Assembly (NCBI GenBank): GCA_048938295.1
Contig: JBHLMI010000001.1
Span: 29,449-61,448 of the forward strand
Reading direction: 5' to 3'
Source: Promethearchaeota archaeon
Lineage (GTDB): Archaea; Asgardarchaeota; Hermodarchaeia; Hermodarchaeales; Hermodarchaeaceae
Length of the DNA: 32,000 nucleotides
Within the stretch, counting starts at the first letter, position 1; the number at the start of each line of letters is the position of its first letter. The notes under the pieces are model-generated. The model had not been told where the DNA came from, ran no database searches, and saw nothing but the letters and a program-made list of their open reading frames with translations. The position numbers and the translations under genes are program-made. Below are positions 7,976-17,429 of the stretch, piece by piece.

Positions 7976-10900
7976 ATGCGTAAAAGTAATCTAGCCCTCG
8001 GGCTCTTTCTCGTTTTCTTTCTAGTCCAGTTTATAGTTCCAACCTTTGCTCTACCTAAACAAACCACTTCACCGGAAAGTGGATTGTATACCCAATCCGC
8101 TCCTAGTATACAACCTGCTTCTCCGTCTGGCGATCTCATTATATTGCCAATAGAGGATAATTCACCACCAATACCCGATAATCCCTTTGGAACAGGACGG
8201 GAAACACTTGTAGAGTGGTGGAACACTTCATACGATTATCGACGGAAAATCACAATCGTCGAGCCTAATCTTGCTTCCCGAGCCATGGAACCTGTTCATG
8301 TCTACCTCACCTTTTCACCCAACACGGCTCGGGAAAACATCATCGCAGTCGCTTATTGGGATCTAACAACCTGGCATGAGGTTCCATCCCAAATCTGGAA
8401 TGTCTCTAAAACGGGTAACTATTATGATTCTTGTACAGTTTGTTTCCTTGTCAATATCACTCAGAACCACCAAGAAGTATTCTACCTCTATTATGACGAT
8501 GACCCAATCACACCCCCCTCCTATCCTGACCACATTGATGCCATCCCCACTGATGGTCCTGCAACAGATGATACCATCATGCCCTGGGTCTATTCTGATG
8601 TCACCTCAACGAATTACACTGGTGTTGACACAATCTTCATCCGATCATCAGCCAGCCAATACGAACACTCGGCAATTCTCCTTGTCGACACCCTCCGTGG
8701 GGGGTCTGATTGGGGTGGACCCTGCTGTGGCTTAATCACCGCTCGATATGGTGATGCTGACGCGTTTGATACATCTAACGGCACATCCGCTGATCAATAC
8801 ATGCTATTAGGTGAATTCGCCCTTGATCCATATTTGGTCAATCCAGGAATGGAATCAAATAACCGTGCCAACGTTGCCCCCGATAATCCAGCTGAAGCCT
8901 GGGTCGAAGGGGCGGGTGTATGGATCCTTGATGATGGACCACTCTTCACCCGAATCAAGATTGTCACCAGTGATGGAGGCTACGAAACCAGCTCTTCTAT
9001 TTATCCCTCCGATCCATATCAAGACTCGTACTCGAGGAGCTGGGGAAGCCATGGATTCTTCAACTATACGATTACCTACACCTTCTATTGGCATGGGGAC
9101 AATCTGTTTGTAAAAATACTTCTCGATATTGAAGCTAATCCCCAAGAATCAGGCCAGCAATGTGCCGTTAAAAACTATGGGGACTGGCCGCATATCATGA
9201 CCTTCACCTGCGGGATCGGAACCCCTGGCACTATTGATGCCCTGCAAAACCGCAAATCATGGTATGGTTCCAAATACGGGCTTTACAATGAGACAGTAGA
9301 TGGACGTCGCCGAGACTTTCCCGTTGAGCCCTGGATGACCTGGTATGATAATGCGAGCGGAACTGATCCCTCCGTTGGGCTCATAGCGAAAGTGAATCCT
9401 GTTGGTTGGGAAGTTCTCTCTCTTGCTGTCTCAGGGATGGGAGACAATACTATGTTGCAGCAGATTCTCCGTGAAGGGCATCAAGGGGACTTCTTCGTGA
9501 TGCCAGATGGAGACCATTTCGTCTATGATTATACCTTGTATACCTCAGCCTTTGGCACCAACTTCACCGAAACTCGTTCTCTTTCAATGCAGGTCAATCA
9601 ACCCATTTCGCTAGCACTCGGTGAAGAGGAGTTCTATGCACATAATGTGCTGACATGCACGACTAAGGATGTTGCTGGGACTAGTATCTCGAATGTGGCA
9701 ATCTACGTTTATAATAGTACAAGTCACCTTGTTCGCTCTGGTATAACCGATGTTGCCACAATCGACTTTCTCAAATTACCCTCAGATACCTATACAGTAA
9801 TTTCCAACTATTCTCTCCTATCAACGTATGGTGGAAGCATTACCTTTACCGTAAACACCACAGGTATACTCTTAGATCATACCATCCAACGTGGCTGGTC
9901 CCTTACCATTGAATGCCAGCTAAGTTATGTGACTTTAGAGGTTAGGGACTGGTTTGATGATAGTCTGCTCCCAACATATGCAGAAGTCTTCCTCGATAAC
10001 GCCACATCAACGGATCCCGTTTTTGCATTGAACGCCACCCCTTCCGCTTCAACCTACCTTCCCCCCGATCAATATGATATCAATGTTCGCTACATCAATC
10101 AATTCCGAAATCATAACCAAACAGCCCCGATTATTGTGAGTAGTACTGAAGACACCTATGTAGCAATTGGGATAGTCGCCCAAGAACATCGAACAGAAAT
10201 AGAGCTTAAGGCACCGACAACTGTCCCCTTCGTTGAAGTTCCTTATAATGTAAGCCGAACATTCATTGTCTTTTACAAGGATTCGGATTCAACACCAGCC
10301 GGCCAAGGAATCGATGTAAATGTGACTTCTATTCTTGGTAGTGCGACCTGGACATTATTTAATTCAACAGCAGATATGGTAGATTACGGTAAACTTATCT
10401 CTGTACCCAGTGAGGTTGGTAACTATTCGATGATCTTTGACGCATCGAAATATCTGGTCAACGAGACTTACCAGCTTCGCTTTTTCCTAGATGCCAATGC
10501 ACCTGTTGATTACTGGCAAGCTTTTCTTTCTGTTAGTATTCTCATCCGTGGCCGAGAAGTGCAAATTATTCCTGAGTTTACCTCTCATAGCGTGTTCTGG
10601 AACGGCACTTTCACATTCGCGGTGTATCTTAACGATACAGCAGAAAACCAACCAATTCTTGGTGCAGCACCCCAATATTTTGGGATAGGCTTCTCTGGCA
10701 CTTTACTTCCCAATGGGACGGACGGATGGTATTCAATAACTATCCAAGTCGAGAATCAATCCGTGGGCACCTATACCATCACTATACGCGCTCAAATCGC
10801 CGCCTATGAAGATGCAACATCCCAAATCCTGCTTCTGATCTCCCCTCAACCCACCGAAGCTAATCTTGTCGACGCATACACTCAAAGCATATGGGGCATG

Positions 10901-12163
10901 CGCCAAGCGCCCCTTGACGAGTTATGGGTGCCCATTAATGACCTGCTTGTTTTAACATTCAACTATACTGGGATGAATGGTCAACCGATTCATAATGCAA
11001 CCGGGCAAATCAGCTACATTGTAGGCTACCAAAATATCGTATACATCGGCAATGGCCTCTATCAGGTCGTCATCAATTCAAGCACAGTGCCCATCGGTTC
11101 ATACGCGGCCGCAGCGGGCTTTGGCGGACAAAACTTTGATGTAGCGATTCTGAGTTTCACAATCGAAGTTCGTAATATTCCCACTGCAGTCTATCTTCTT
11201 CATCCCATCCTCAATACAACATTCTATCAACTCAATATCGGTGATCTCTTTCGAGTCCGGATTAACTTCACTGACCTTGCCCACCAGATTCCAATTTCAG
11301 GGGCATCTGTTTACCTTCAAATCTCAGGCATTAACCCTCAGCCCATCCAAATGCTAGAAATCGAACCTGGCGTTTATGAGGCTGTAGGACTTTCCGTCTT
11401 CTTTGAGGGCGTTTGGGAACTCAATATCAATGCTATCATGGATGACCACGAAACAGGAGCCTACAACCTTCAATTAGTCGTACGAACCCCAGAATTTACT
11501 CGAAACGTCATTACCTACGGACTCATTGCCGCCATCATCGGCATCCTCCTCCTCGTCGCTTGGATGGCTTACACTCGAATCTTTGCGATTCCATGGCTGG
11601 TCCGCAAGATGCGGAAAATGTCCACTACCCTTGGCAAAGGAAAGACACCCAAACTGTCCGGTAGCGATCAACGCCGTATCGCCACGCGTCCCGATCAAAT
11701 GACCAATATCATGGAAGATGTCTATGATAGCGCAAAAATCACCTTCGTCGCCACCGCCATCCCCATCGCCCTAGCTGTGGATGAACGCGAAGCCGAAGAG
11801 ATCGATATCTGGCATGAACTCGACCAGCTCGAGGGTCTTGGTCGGGATCAGAAATTGGAGCTCTTCGAAGAAATGAAGCGCATCCCCGCCAAGGACCGCA
11901 TCTGGTTCCTCGAAGACCTCAAACGCCAGATGGCTGATGGCACCCGCTTCCAACGCACGCCAAGAGCCCCTCCTGAAGGGCTCCTGGACACGACAGCAGA
12001 AGAGCAAATCATCCAAGCTCGACTCGATGCCATTCCTGCGCTCAGTGAAAGGGAGAAGAAAACTCTCTTCAAACAGATAAGCAGCCTTGCGCCTGAAGAT
12101 CGCGAAGAGGTCTTCGAAACCCTAAAAGAGCAGTATAAGACGTCTGATGAGGACGAAGAATAG
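7976..12163 (+). CDS. Giant single-pass surface protein 1: signal peptide, DUF2341-like domain, beta-sandwich head, two carboxypeptidase-regulatory-like domains, about 4 Ig-like repeats, TM helix, cytoplasmic helical-repeat tail
   Basis: N-terminal hydrophobic signal; WWNTSYDYRRKITI...FYLYY (DUF2341-like); repeats with YxD...IxGA...GxY; TM GLIAAIIGILLLVAWMAY followed by PWLVRKMRKM; many N-x-S/T sequons; GAGGAG SD upstream. Confidence 0.85.
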   Translation: MRKSNLALGLFLVFFLVQFIVPTFALPKQTTSPESGLYTQSAPSIQPASPSGDLIILPIEDNSPPIPDNPFGTGRETLVEWWNTSYDYRRKITIVEPNLASRAMEPVHVYLTFSPNTARENIIAVAYWDLTTWHEVPSQIWNVSKTGNYYDSCTVCFLVNITQNHQEVFYLYYDDDPITPPSYPDHIDAIPTDGPATDDTIMPWVYSDVTSTNYTGVDTIFIRSSASQYEHSAILLVDTLRGGSDWGGPCCGLITARYGDADAFDTSNGTSADQYMLLGEFALDPYLVNPGMESNNRANVAPDNPAEAWVEGAGVWILDDGPLFTRIKIVTSDGGYETSSSIYPSDPYQDSYSRSWGSHGFFNYTITYTFYWHGDNLFVKILLDIEANPQESGQQCAVKNYGDWPHIMTFTCGIGTPGTIDALQNRKSWYGSKYGLYNETVDGRRRDFPVEPWMTWYDNASGTDPSVGLIAKVNPVGWEVLSLAVSGMGDNTMLQQILREGHQGDFFVMPDGDHFVYDYTLYTSAFGTNFTETRSLSMQVNQPISLALGEEEFYAHNVLTCTTKDVAGTSISNVAIYVYNSTSHLVRSGITDVATIDFLKLPSDTYTVISNYSLLSTYGGSITFTVNTTGILLDHTIQRGWSLTIECQLSYVTLEVRDWFDDSLLPTYAEVFLDNATSTDPVFALNATPSASTYLPPDQYDINVRYINQFRNHNQTAPIIVSSTEDTYVAIGIVAQEHRTEIELKAPTTVPFVEVPYNVSRTFIVFYKDSDSTPAGQGIDVNVTSILGSATWTLFNSTADMVDYGKLISVPSEVGNYSMIFDASKYLVNETYQLRFFLDANAPVDYWQAFLSVSILIRGREVQIIPEFTSHSVFWNGTFTFAVYLNDTAENQPILGAAPQYFGIGFSGTLLPNGTDGWYSITIQVENQSVGTYTITIRAQIAAYEDATSQILLLISPQPTEANLVDAYTQSIWGMRQAPLDELWVPINDLLVLTFNYTGMNGQPIHNATGQISYIVGYQNIVYIGNGLYQVVINSSTVPIGSYAAAAGFGGQNFDVAILSFTIEVRNIPTAVYLLHPILNTTFYQLNIGDLFRVRINFTDLAHQIPISGASVYLQISGINPQPIQMLEIEPGVYEAVGLSVFFEGVWELNINAIMDDHETGAYNLQLVVRTPEFTRNVITYGLIAAIIGILLLVAWMAYTRIFAIPWLVRKMRKMSTTLGKGKTPKLSGSDQRRIATRPDQMTNIMEDVYDSAKITFVATAIPIALAVDEREAEEIDIWHELDQLEGLGRDQKLELFEEMKRIPAKDRIWFLEDLKRQMADGTRFQRTPRAPPEGLLDTTAEEQIIQARLDAIPALSEREKKTLFKQISSLAPEDREEVFETLKEQYKTSDEDEE

Positions 12164-12192
12164 AGAATATCATTCTCGGATTAAGGGTTTAC

Positions 12193-12213
12193 CTACTTTC
12201 AGCATGAAAGTGG
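12193..12213 (+). terminator. Hairpin after surface protein 1
   Basis: CTACTTTCA-GCA-TGAAAGTGG, a 9-bp stem with one G-U pair, 30 nt after the stop. Confidence 0.3.
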
Positions 12214-12362
12214 ATTTAGGATAATAAGTGCGAGATATAAGGTCGGCTTTTTTCAATTAGAAATTTCAGGAAATCTATTTAAATTCCTATCGTGTGTCTA
12301 GCTAAGTGGCTACAGCAGCCTAGCTGACATTGCGCGCCATCAAGTTAATGGAGAGTAATCTA

Positions 12363-15300
12363 ATGAAAATCCGTCCAGTTGCCATTATGGCATTATGTCT
12401 CTTTCTTATTCCACTCCTTCTCCAACCTTTATCCACTCAAGGAATTGACCCCACCCTTGCCCCTAATGCAAGCAAATCATCATCTCCAATGCAACCGGAT
12501 GGAGGACCACCTCCACCAAGTCCTGATTATTCAGGCATTGGAATGGCGCGGAATGTGGCTGAATATGCTAACCGAACGGATGCAGGGCAGAGTCTTCACC
12601 TCATCTATGACAGCTCAGCTAGCATCCGATACAACGACACAGCCCAAGCAGTTCTTCCTCCCGGATGGGAAGGTTACATGCTTGTCACCTATGTGTATGA
12701 CGTAGCAGAGAATCGCTCTTGGGTACTCAATCCCTATTTTGATAATACAGCCCAATATTGGAACGGCATCACGTTTGACGGGGGATCTTGGGTTAACGTC
12801 ATTAGCACAAGCTATGAAGCTAATGGCCATGGTACTGGCAATCCGGCTGTTCGATGCGATATCAATGGTTATGACAGGGGTAGCGGTTGGTACTCCTATG
12901 ATCCTGTCGATTATGCCCGCTGGAATCAAACTATCGCTGTTCCTCCACGCGGACAAGTCCTCTCTGCCTCTATTCAATTTGATTACGCTGTTTGGACCGA
13001 CTCTGGATGGGGGCTAGGACTACCTTTTCAAATTTATATTCGAATAGATGGCACCCAAGTCTATTCAATGGGCTTTGACAATGTCTTGGTTTCTGAACAG
13101 ACCTGGACCAACACCGGGCAACAACCCTTCAACCCCAATGTCATTAATTTAGCAGATGGACTCAATGTGCAAGTGGGACTCCGCTATACCGGAGACAGCG
13201 GGACACGATTTAGCCCCGACCCCCGACCCCGAGCACGTTTTGATAATGTCTTCGTTTATATCAACGCTCTTGTGCTTCCCTCTGATATCAACCTCAAAGT
13301 AAACGGGCTCGATGTCATCGATGATACTTTCGGTTCAGGACAAGTAACCGAAGATCAACTGGCAAGCCCATGGACGACGTCTCCTGTGATAGCTGAAGTT
13401 AATTGGACTTCAACCCCATACCCACCCAATCCTGACATGGATATGGATATCACACTCACAGTTGACACAAACCTGTTCTCACAGAAATTTAGCACAACTC
13501 TCTACGCACAGGATCCCTTTACTTCTGGCACCCAGTTTATCGCTTCAAGTGGACAAAACACGGTCTGGAAGATGTATTATCAACTGGCCTTGCCCACCCT
13601 CTATTGGAATGATCACTTCAACCTCACAATCCCAGATGATTGGAATGTCACCTTCGTCTCTGAACCCCAGCTTCCTACAACAAATACTCTCCATCTCTGC
13701 TATGGTGGAGGCTTAGGAGACGGCTATATTAGCATCCCAACGACTGACATCACAAATAGCCCTGATGGGTACTGGTACATTAAAGCTGAATCCCATAACT
13801 ACGTCGATTCAGCAGAGCTGCAAATTTATGATGGCGGCTGGACTCCCACCTCTGCGATACGGGCTGGCAACACAACCCGCGTACAGGCGAGAATTTTAGA
13901 TGGTTCAAACAATCCACCATCAGGCGTTTCATCCACCCAAGCAAATGTCACCATCTTCGAACCAGGTGGAGGGATATATTATACCGAATTAGTGAATCCC
14001 ACTGCTGCCGGATGGGTGTACACACAAAGCTTCTACAATGATGGCTGGAACACCACTGGAGGCACCTACGCCATCTTTGTAAATTGGGATAATTCCACAG
14101 AAGCTGGTGAAATCAATCTCCAATACACTGTTCGCCACGGAACTAGCCTTACTCCCCGTGAACCCATCATTGAAACCTTCTATGAAGACCAGCCCTTATT
14201 CCCCAAAGTCCGTTACTTAGATGTCGACAGCGATGATTGGTTAGAACCTGCAGCGGTCGTCGAAGGTAACTGGACAACCGGCACGATTAGCTTCCACTAT
14301 GTATCAGGAACTGGTTACTGGGAAGCTGAGATTAACGCTCTTGAAGCCGGCGATGTGGGACAATTTTGGATTCGCGTGAATGCGAGTAAAAGCCATTATG
14401 ATGACGCTTTCTGCTTCATCCTCATTGACGTTGTAGCTGAAACCATAGTTAATTCACCACAAGCCGCAGGCGTCTACGTTCCCTGGCGGGACAATGCAAC
14501 TATCCAAATTGAATATCTCCGGAAAGCTGACAGTATGGGAGTAACCGGCTGTGTACCCTACCTGGAAGTCACTGCAAACTGGACCGCTGGATATTATACC
14601 ATCACTGAGATTGGAAGTGGCTGGTATGAGATTGAGCTGAACAGTACTGGTCCAGGGTCCCTAGGCTCATTCGTACTCAATATCACCATATACAAAGAAC
14701 GGTATCAATTTCAGCAATTCTACATTACTGTCACCGTTCGCGAAATCCTCACCGATCTGGACTTCACCAACCCGACTAATGTCTATTGGAGCCAAAACAC
14801 CAGCATTCCCCTCTTCTACAATGACACTGATCACGGAGGCGTCGGCATTGCCGGGGCACTGGTGACCTGTGACTGGGGAGATGTCTATTATGTTACTGAC
14901 ATGTACGTTCTTACCCTTAGAACCGATAACATCGATATTGGACTTCATACGGTCACTATCACTGTAAGTAAAACGTTCTATAATACCCGCCAAATCATTG
15001 TCCAATTCTACGTTAACCCACTCCCTCTAGACCTGACTGTCACGGTGGCCGATCCCATTAATATTATCTATGGTGAAAACTTCTGGGTTGAAATCTATGT
15101 GGAAACCATCTTCGGTGACCCAGTCACAGATGCTAACGTCACCTTCTCCTGGATCGGAGGTGCTTTCAGCAATACCAGCGGACCTGGAGGCTATTATGGC
15201 ACCTGGTTCTCCTCCTCTTCAGGCACGATTGGTGTTCACTATGTGACCGCCTTTGTCAACCGCACAAATTGTGCTCAAAGCTTTGCATCAGTAGTCGTCA

Positions 15301-17207
15301 ATGTCAAGCAAATTCCCAGTTTCCTCGATACGGTACCACCGGGTCGCTATTCACTGAACTTTACCATTGGATCCGCCTTTAGCCTCCCAGTAAATTATAG
15401 TACCCTACTTGGAAGCCCAGTCCTCGGTGCGGTCGTCACCTACTCCGTTGGAACCCTAAATGGTATTTACTCCGAAATAGGTGGAGGAATCTATAATATC
15501 ACCATTGACACCACCGGATTAATCGCTGGATCCTACACTATCTACGTCACGGCCTCCTCTCCCAACGTTAACTCTCAATCCCGAGCAATTAGCTTGGTCC
15601 TCACCCTACTCCCAGCTGCCCTCGAACCCGAAACTACCACCTATGTTGTCTATTGGGGATTGAACTTCACAGTTAATATTTTCCTCCGAAATCTGTTCAA
15701 CGACACTCCAATCACAGGAGCTACTGTTGAATACTTCTGGGGCCCATACTCGGGAACCATGATCGCGAATGGGACACCCGGATGGTACACAATTACACTA
15801 CCCAGCACAGCTTTTTCATCCGGTTCAGTCTACATCGCAACCTTTGCTGCAAACCCACCCAGTTTTGAATTCGTAGTCAATTCTGCCACCATCTACATCG
15901 AATCACGACCCACTCAACTAGATCTTGTTAACGCCTGGATGTACTTCCCCGAAACTGGTGCAATCACCTGGCTAAACATCTCTGAGCCCTGGACCGTCCC
16001 ACGTAGTGATGTTCTGTACCTTTACTTCAACTACACCGATTATGCCAAGAACACGGTATTAAACGCAATTGGATCATATTCCTGGTTACTGGGAAGCGGA
16101 ACCCTAACTTACGATGACGAAACTGGCTTTTACTATGCGGTAGTCAACATGACTCAGGTTTCACCCGCCAACTACTACCTGGATGTCACATTATCCCGGC
16201 AAAACTATCAAACCGCACAAATCCTACAACTCCCAGTCATCGTCACTTTGGTTCGAACAGAAATCCGAGGAATTCCACAAAACATCCAAGCTGTCACTGG
16301 CACGGCATACACATTTACCATAACCCTTTGGGATCTAGATCATAACACCTCCATTCCTGGTTCCACGGTTACAGTAACAATTCCTCTGGTTACAGATGAA
16401 CATGGCTGGGTTCTCACAGATAACGGGGATGGAACCTATACCCTGCCCTCGGTCACCTTTCCTGGTGAACTCACATATCTCATGGAATTTCGAGCAGAAA
16501 CCGGCTTGATCTATTCTATTGCGATACATCAGGTCAATGTCAATGTAGCCCTTCACCCCATCGTCCAAGCCAGCCTCCGATTGGGTCTAATCGCTGCCAT
16601 AATTGGCATCATTATCCTCATCACCTGGCTTGCCTATACACGGGTGTTTGCCATTCCATGGCTAGTTCGCAAGATGCGGAAAATGTCCACCGACCTAGGC
16701 AAAGGTAAATCAACCCACCTGTCCAACCGTGACATCAACCGCATCGCCACCCGACCCGAATCCATGGAAACCATCTTCGAACCCGCCTACGGCGCTCTCG
16801 GCGTCCCGATAGCCGCCACTGTGTTACCTGCAGCCATCACCATCGAAGAACGGGAAGCCGAAGATGAAATCATTTGGCAGGAACTTGAAAAGCTCGAAGG
16901 CCTTGGCCACGACCAGAAACTCGAGCTCTTCGAAGAAATGAAACGTATCCCTGCCAAAGACCGGGTCTGGTTCCTCGAAGACCTCAAACAACAAATGGCT
17001 GACGGCACCCGCTTCGGACGACTCCCTGCTGAACCGACGCTCGTGCCCGAAGGTGTTGATCCTCGCGTCCACGCACGTCTCCTATCCCTCGAAGCCCTCG
17101 GACCCGCCGAGAAAGACGCTGTCGTCGAACAGCTTCGCGGCCTCTCCAAGGAAGAACAAGAAGAGGTCATCCGCGCCCTCGAAGAAACCGAACGTGGAAA
17201 AGAGTAA
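12363..17207 (+). CDS. Giant single-pass surface protein 2: signal peptide, jelly-roll/CBM-like head in a conserved core, about 8 Ig-like repeats, TM helix, cytoplasmic helical-repeat tail
   Basis: ATG 12363 follows GGAGAG and begins a signal-like MKIRPVAIMALCLFLIPLLL (alternative starts 12330 and 12348). NPYF...W...FDNV jelly-roll hallmarks; roughly 100-aa repeats including DNGDGTY; TM plus PWLVRKMRKM; tail paralogous to gene 1. Confidence 0.85.
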   Translation: MKIRPVAIMALCLFLIPLLLQPLSTQGIDPTLAPNASKSSSPMQPDGGPPPPSPDYSGIGMARNVAEYANRTDAGQSLHLIYDSSASIRYNDTAQAVLPPGWEGYMLVTYVYDVAENRSWVLNPYFDNTAQYWNGITFDGGSWVNVISTSYEANGHGTGNPAVRCDINGYDRGSGWYSYDPVDYARWNQTIAVPPRGQVLSASIQFDYAVWTDSGWGLGLPFQIYIRIDGTQVYSMGFDNVLVSEQTWTNTGQQPFNPNVINLADGLNVQVGLRYTGDSGTRFSPDPRPRARFDNVFVYINALVLPSDINLKVNGLDVIDDTFGSGQVTEDQLASPWTTSPVIAEVNWTSTPYPPNPDMDMDITLTVDTNLFSQKFSTTLYAQDPFTSGTQFIASSGQNTVWKMYYQLALPTLYWNDHFNLTIPDDWNVTFVSEPQLPTTNTLHLCYGGGLGDGYISIPTTDITNSPDGYWYIKAESHNYVDSAELQIYDGGWTPTSAIRAGNTTRVQARILDGSNNPPSGVSSTQANVTIFEPGGGIYYTELVNPTAAGWVYTQSFYNDGWNTTGGTYAIFVNWDNSTEAGEINLQYTVRHGTSLTPREPIIETFYEDQPLFPKVRYLDVDSDDWLEPAAVVEGNWTTGTISFHYVSGTGYWEAEINALEAGDVGQFWIRVNASKSHYDDAFCFILIDVVAETIVNSPQAAGVYVPWRDNATIQIEYLRKADSMGVTGCVPYLEVTANWTAGYYTITEIGSGWYEIELNSTGPGSLGSFVLNITIYKERYQFQQFYITVTVREILTDLDFTNPTNVYWSQNTSIPLFYNDTDHGGVGIAGALVTCDWGDVYYVTDMYVLTLRTDNIDIGLHTVTITVSKTFYNTRQIIVQFYVNPLPLDLTVTVADPINIIYGENFWVEIYVETIFGDPVTDANVTFSWIGGAFSNTSGPGGYYGTWFSSSSGTIGVHYVTAFVNRTNCAQSFASVVVNVKQIPSFLDTVPPGRYSLNFTIGSAFSLPVNYSTLLGSPVLGAVVTYSVGTLNGIYSEIGGGIYNITIDTTGLIAGSYTIYVTASSPNVNSQSRAISLVLTLLPAALEPETTTYVVYWGLNFTVNIFLRNLFNDTPITGATVEYFWGPYSGTMIANGTPGWYTITLPSTAFSSGSVYIATFAANPPSFEFVVNSATIYIESRPTQLDLVNAWMYFPETGAITWLNISEPWTVPRSDVLYLYFNYTDYAKNTVLNAIGSYSWLLGSGTLTYDDETGFYYAVVNMTQVSPANYYLDVTLSRQNYQTAQILQLPVIVTLVRTEIRGIPQNIQAVTGTAYTFTITLWDLDHNTSIPGSTVTVTIPLVTDEHGWVLTDNGDGTYTLPSVTFPGELTYLMEFRAETGLIYSIAIHQVNVNVALHPIVQASLRLGLIAAIIGIIILITWLAYTRVFAIPWLVRKMRKMSTDLGKGKSTHLSNRDINRIATRPESMETIFEPAYGALGVPIAATVLPAAITIEEREAEDEIIWQELEKLEGLGHDQKLELFEEMKRIPAKDRVWFLEDLKQQMADGTRFGRLPAEPTLVPEGVDPRVHARLLSLEALGPAEKDAVVEQLRGLSKEEQEEVIRALEETERGKE

Positions 17208-17215
17208 ACCTCAGC

Positions 17216-17262
17216 TCTAGGGGACCTCTGGTCCCCCCTCGAACCTTTTTAGGCCCCCTAGA
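17216..17262. repeat. GC-rich palindromic element after surface protein 2
   Basis: GGGGACC-TCT-GGTCCCC hairpin (17220-17236), overlapping an alternative 8-bp inverted repeat TCTAGGGG (17216-17223)/CCCCTAGA (17255-17262); T5 at 17246-17250. Confidence 0.5.
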
Positions 17263-17271
17263 AACTGCGCT

Positions 17272-17281
17272 AAACTTTATA
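17272..17281 (+). promoter_or_regulatory. Putative BRE/TATA element for surface protein 3
   Basis: AAACTTTATA, about 150 nt upstream of GTG 17430. Confidence 0.35.
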
Positions 17282-17429
17282 GAACAACACTAGTAGCATC
17301 CCATTCATCCATCTATTCAGCTCTTTTGTCTAGATGGCTCATTTACAAAAAACTCATAAAATCTAGTTGACAATATAATATGATTCAGTAGTAGTTCGGA
17401 CGATTACAGCTGGGTCAAATTGCGGTGAG

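Noticed and set aside
11519-17015. Near-repeat DNA between the 3' ends of surface genes 1 and 2 as a DGR template/variable repeat or a recent gene conversion
   Set aside because: Differences are mostly synonymous third positions and are not adenine-specific; both copies are coding; no reverse transcriptase is in the window.
17367-17379. TTGACA next to TATAAT, resembling a bacterial sigma70 promoter
   Set aside because: The two hexamers are 1 nt apart instead of about 17, and the gene content is archaeal.
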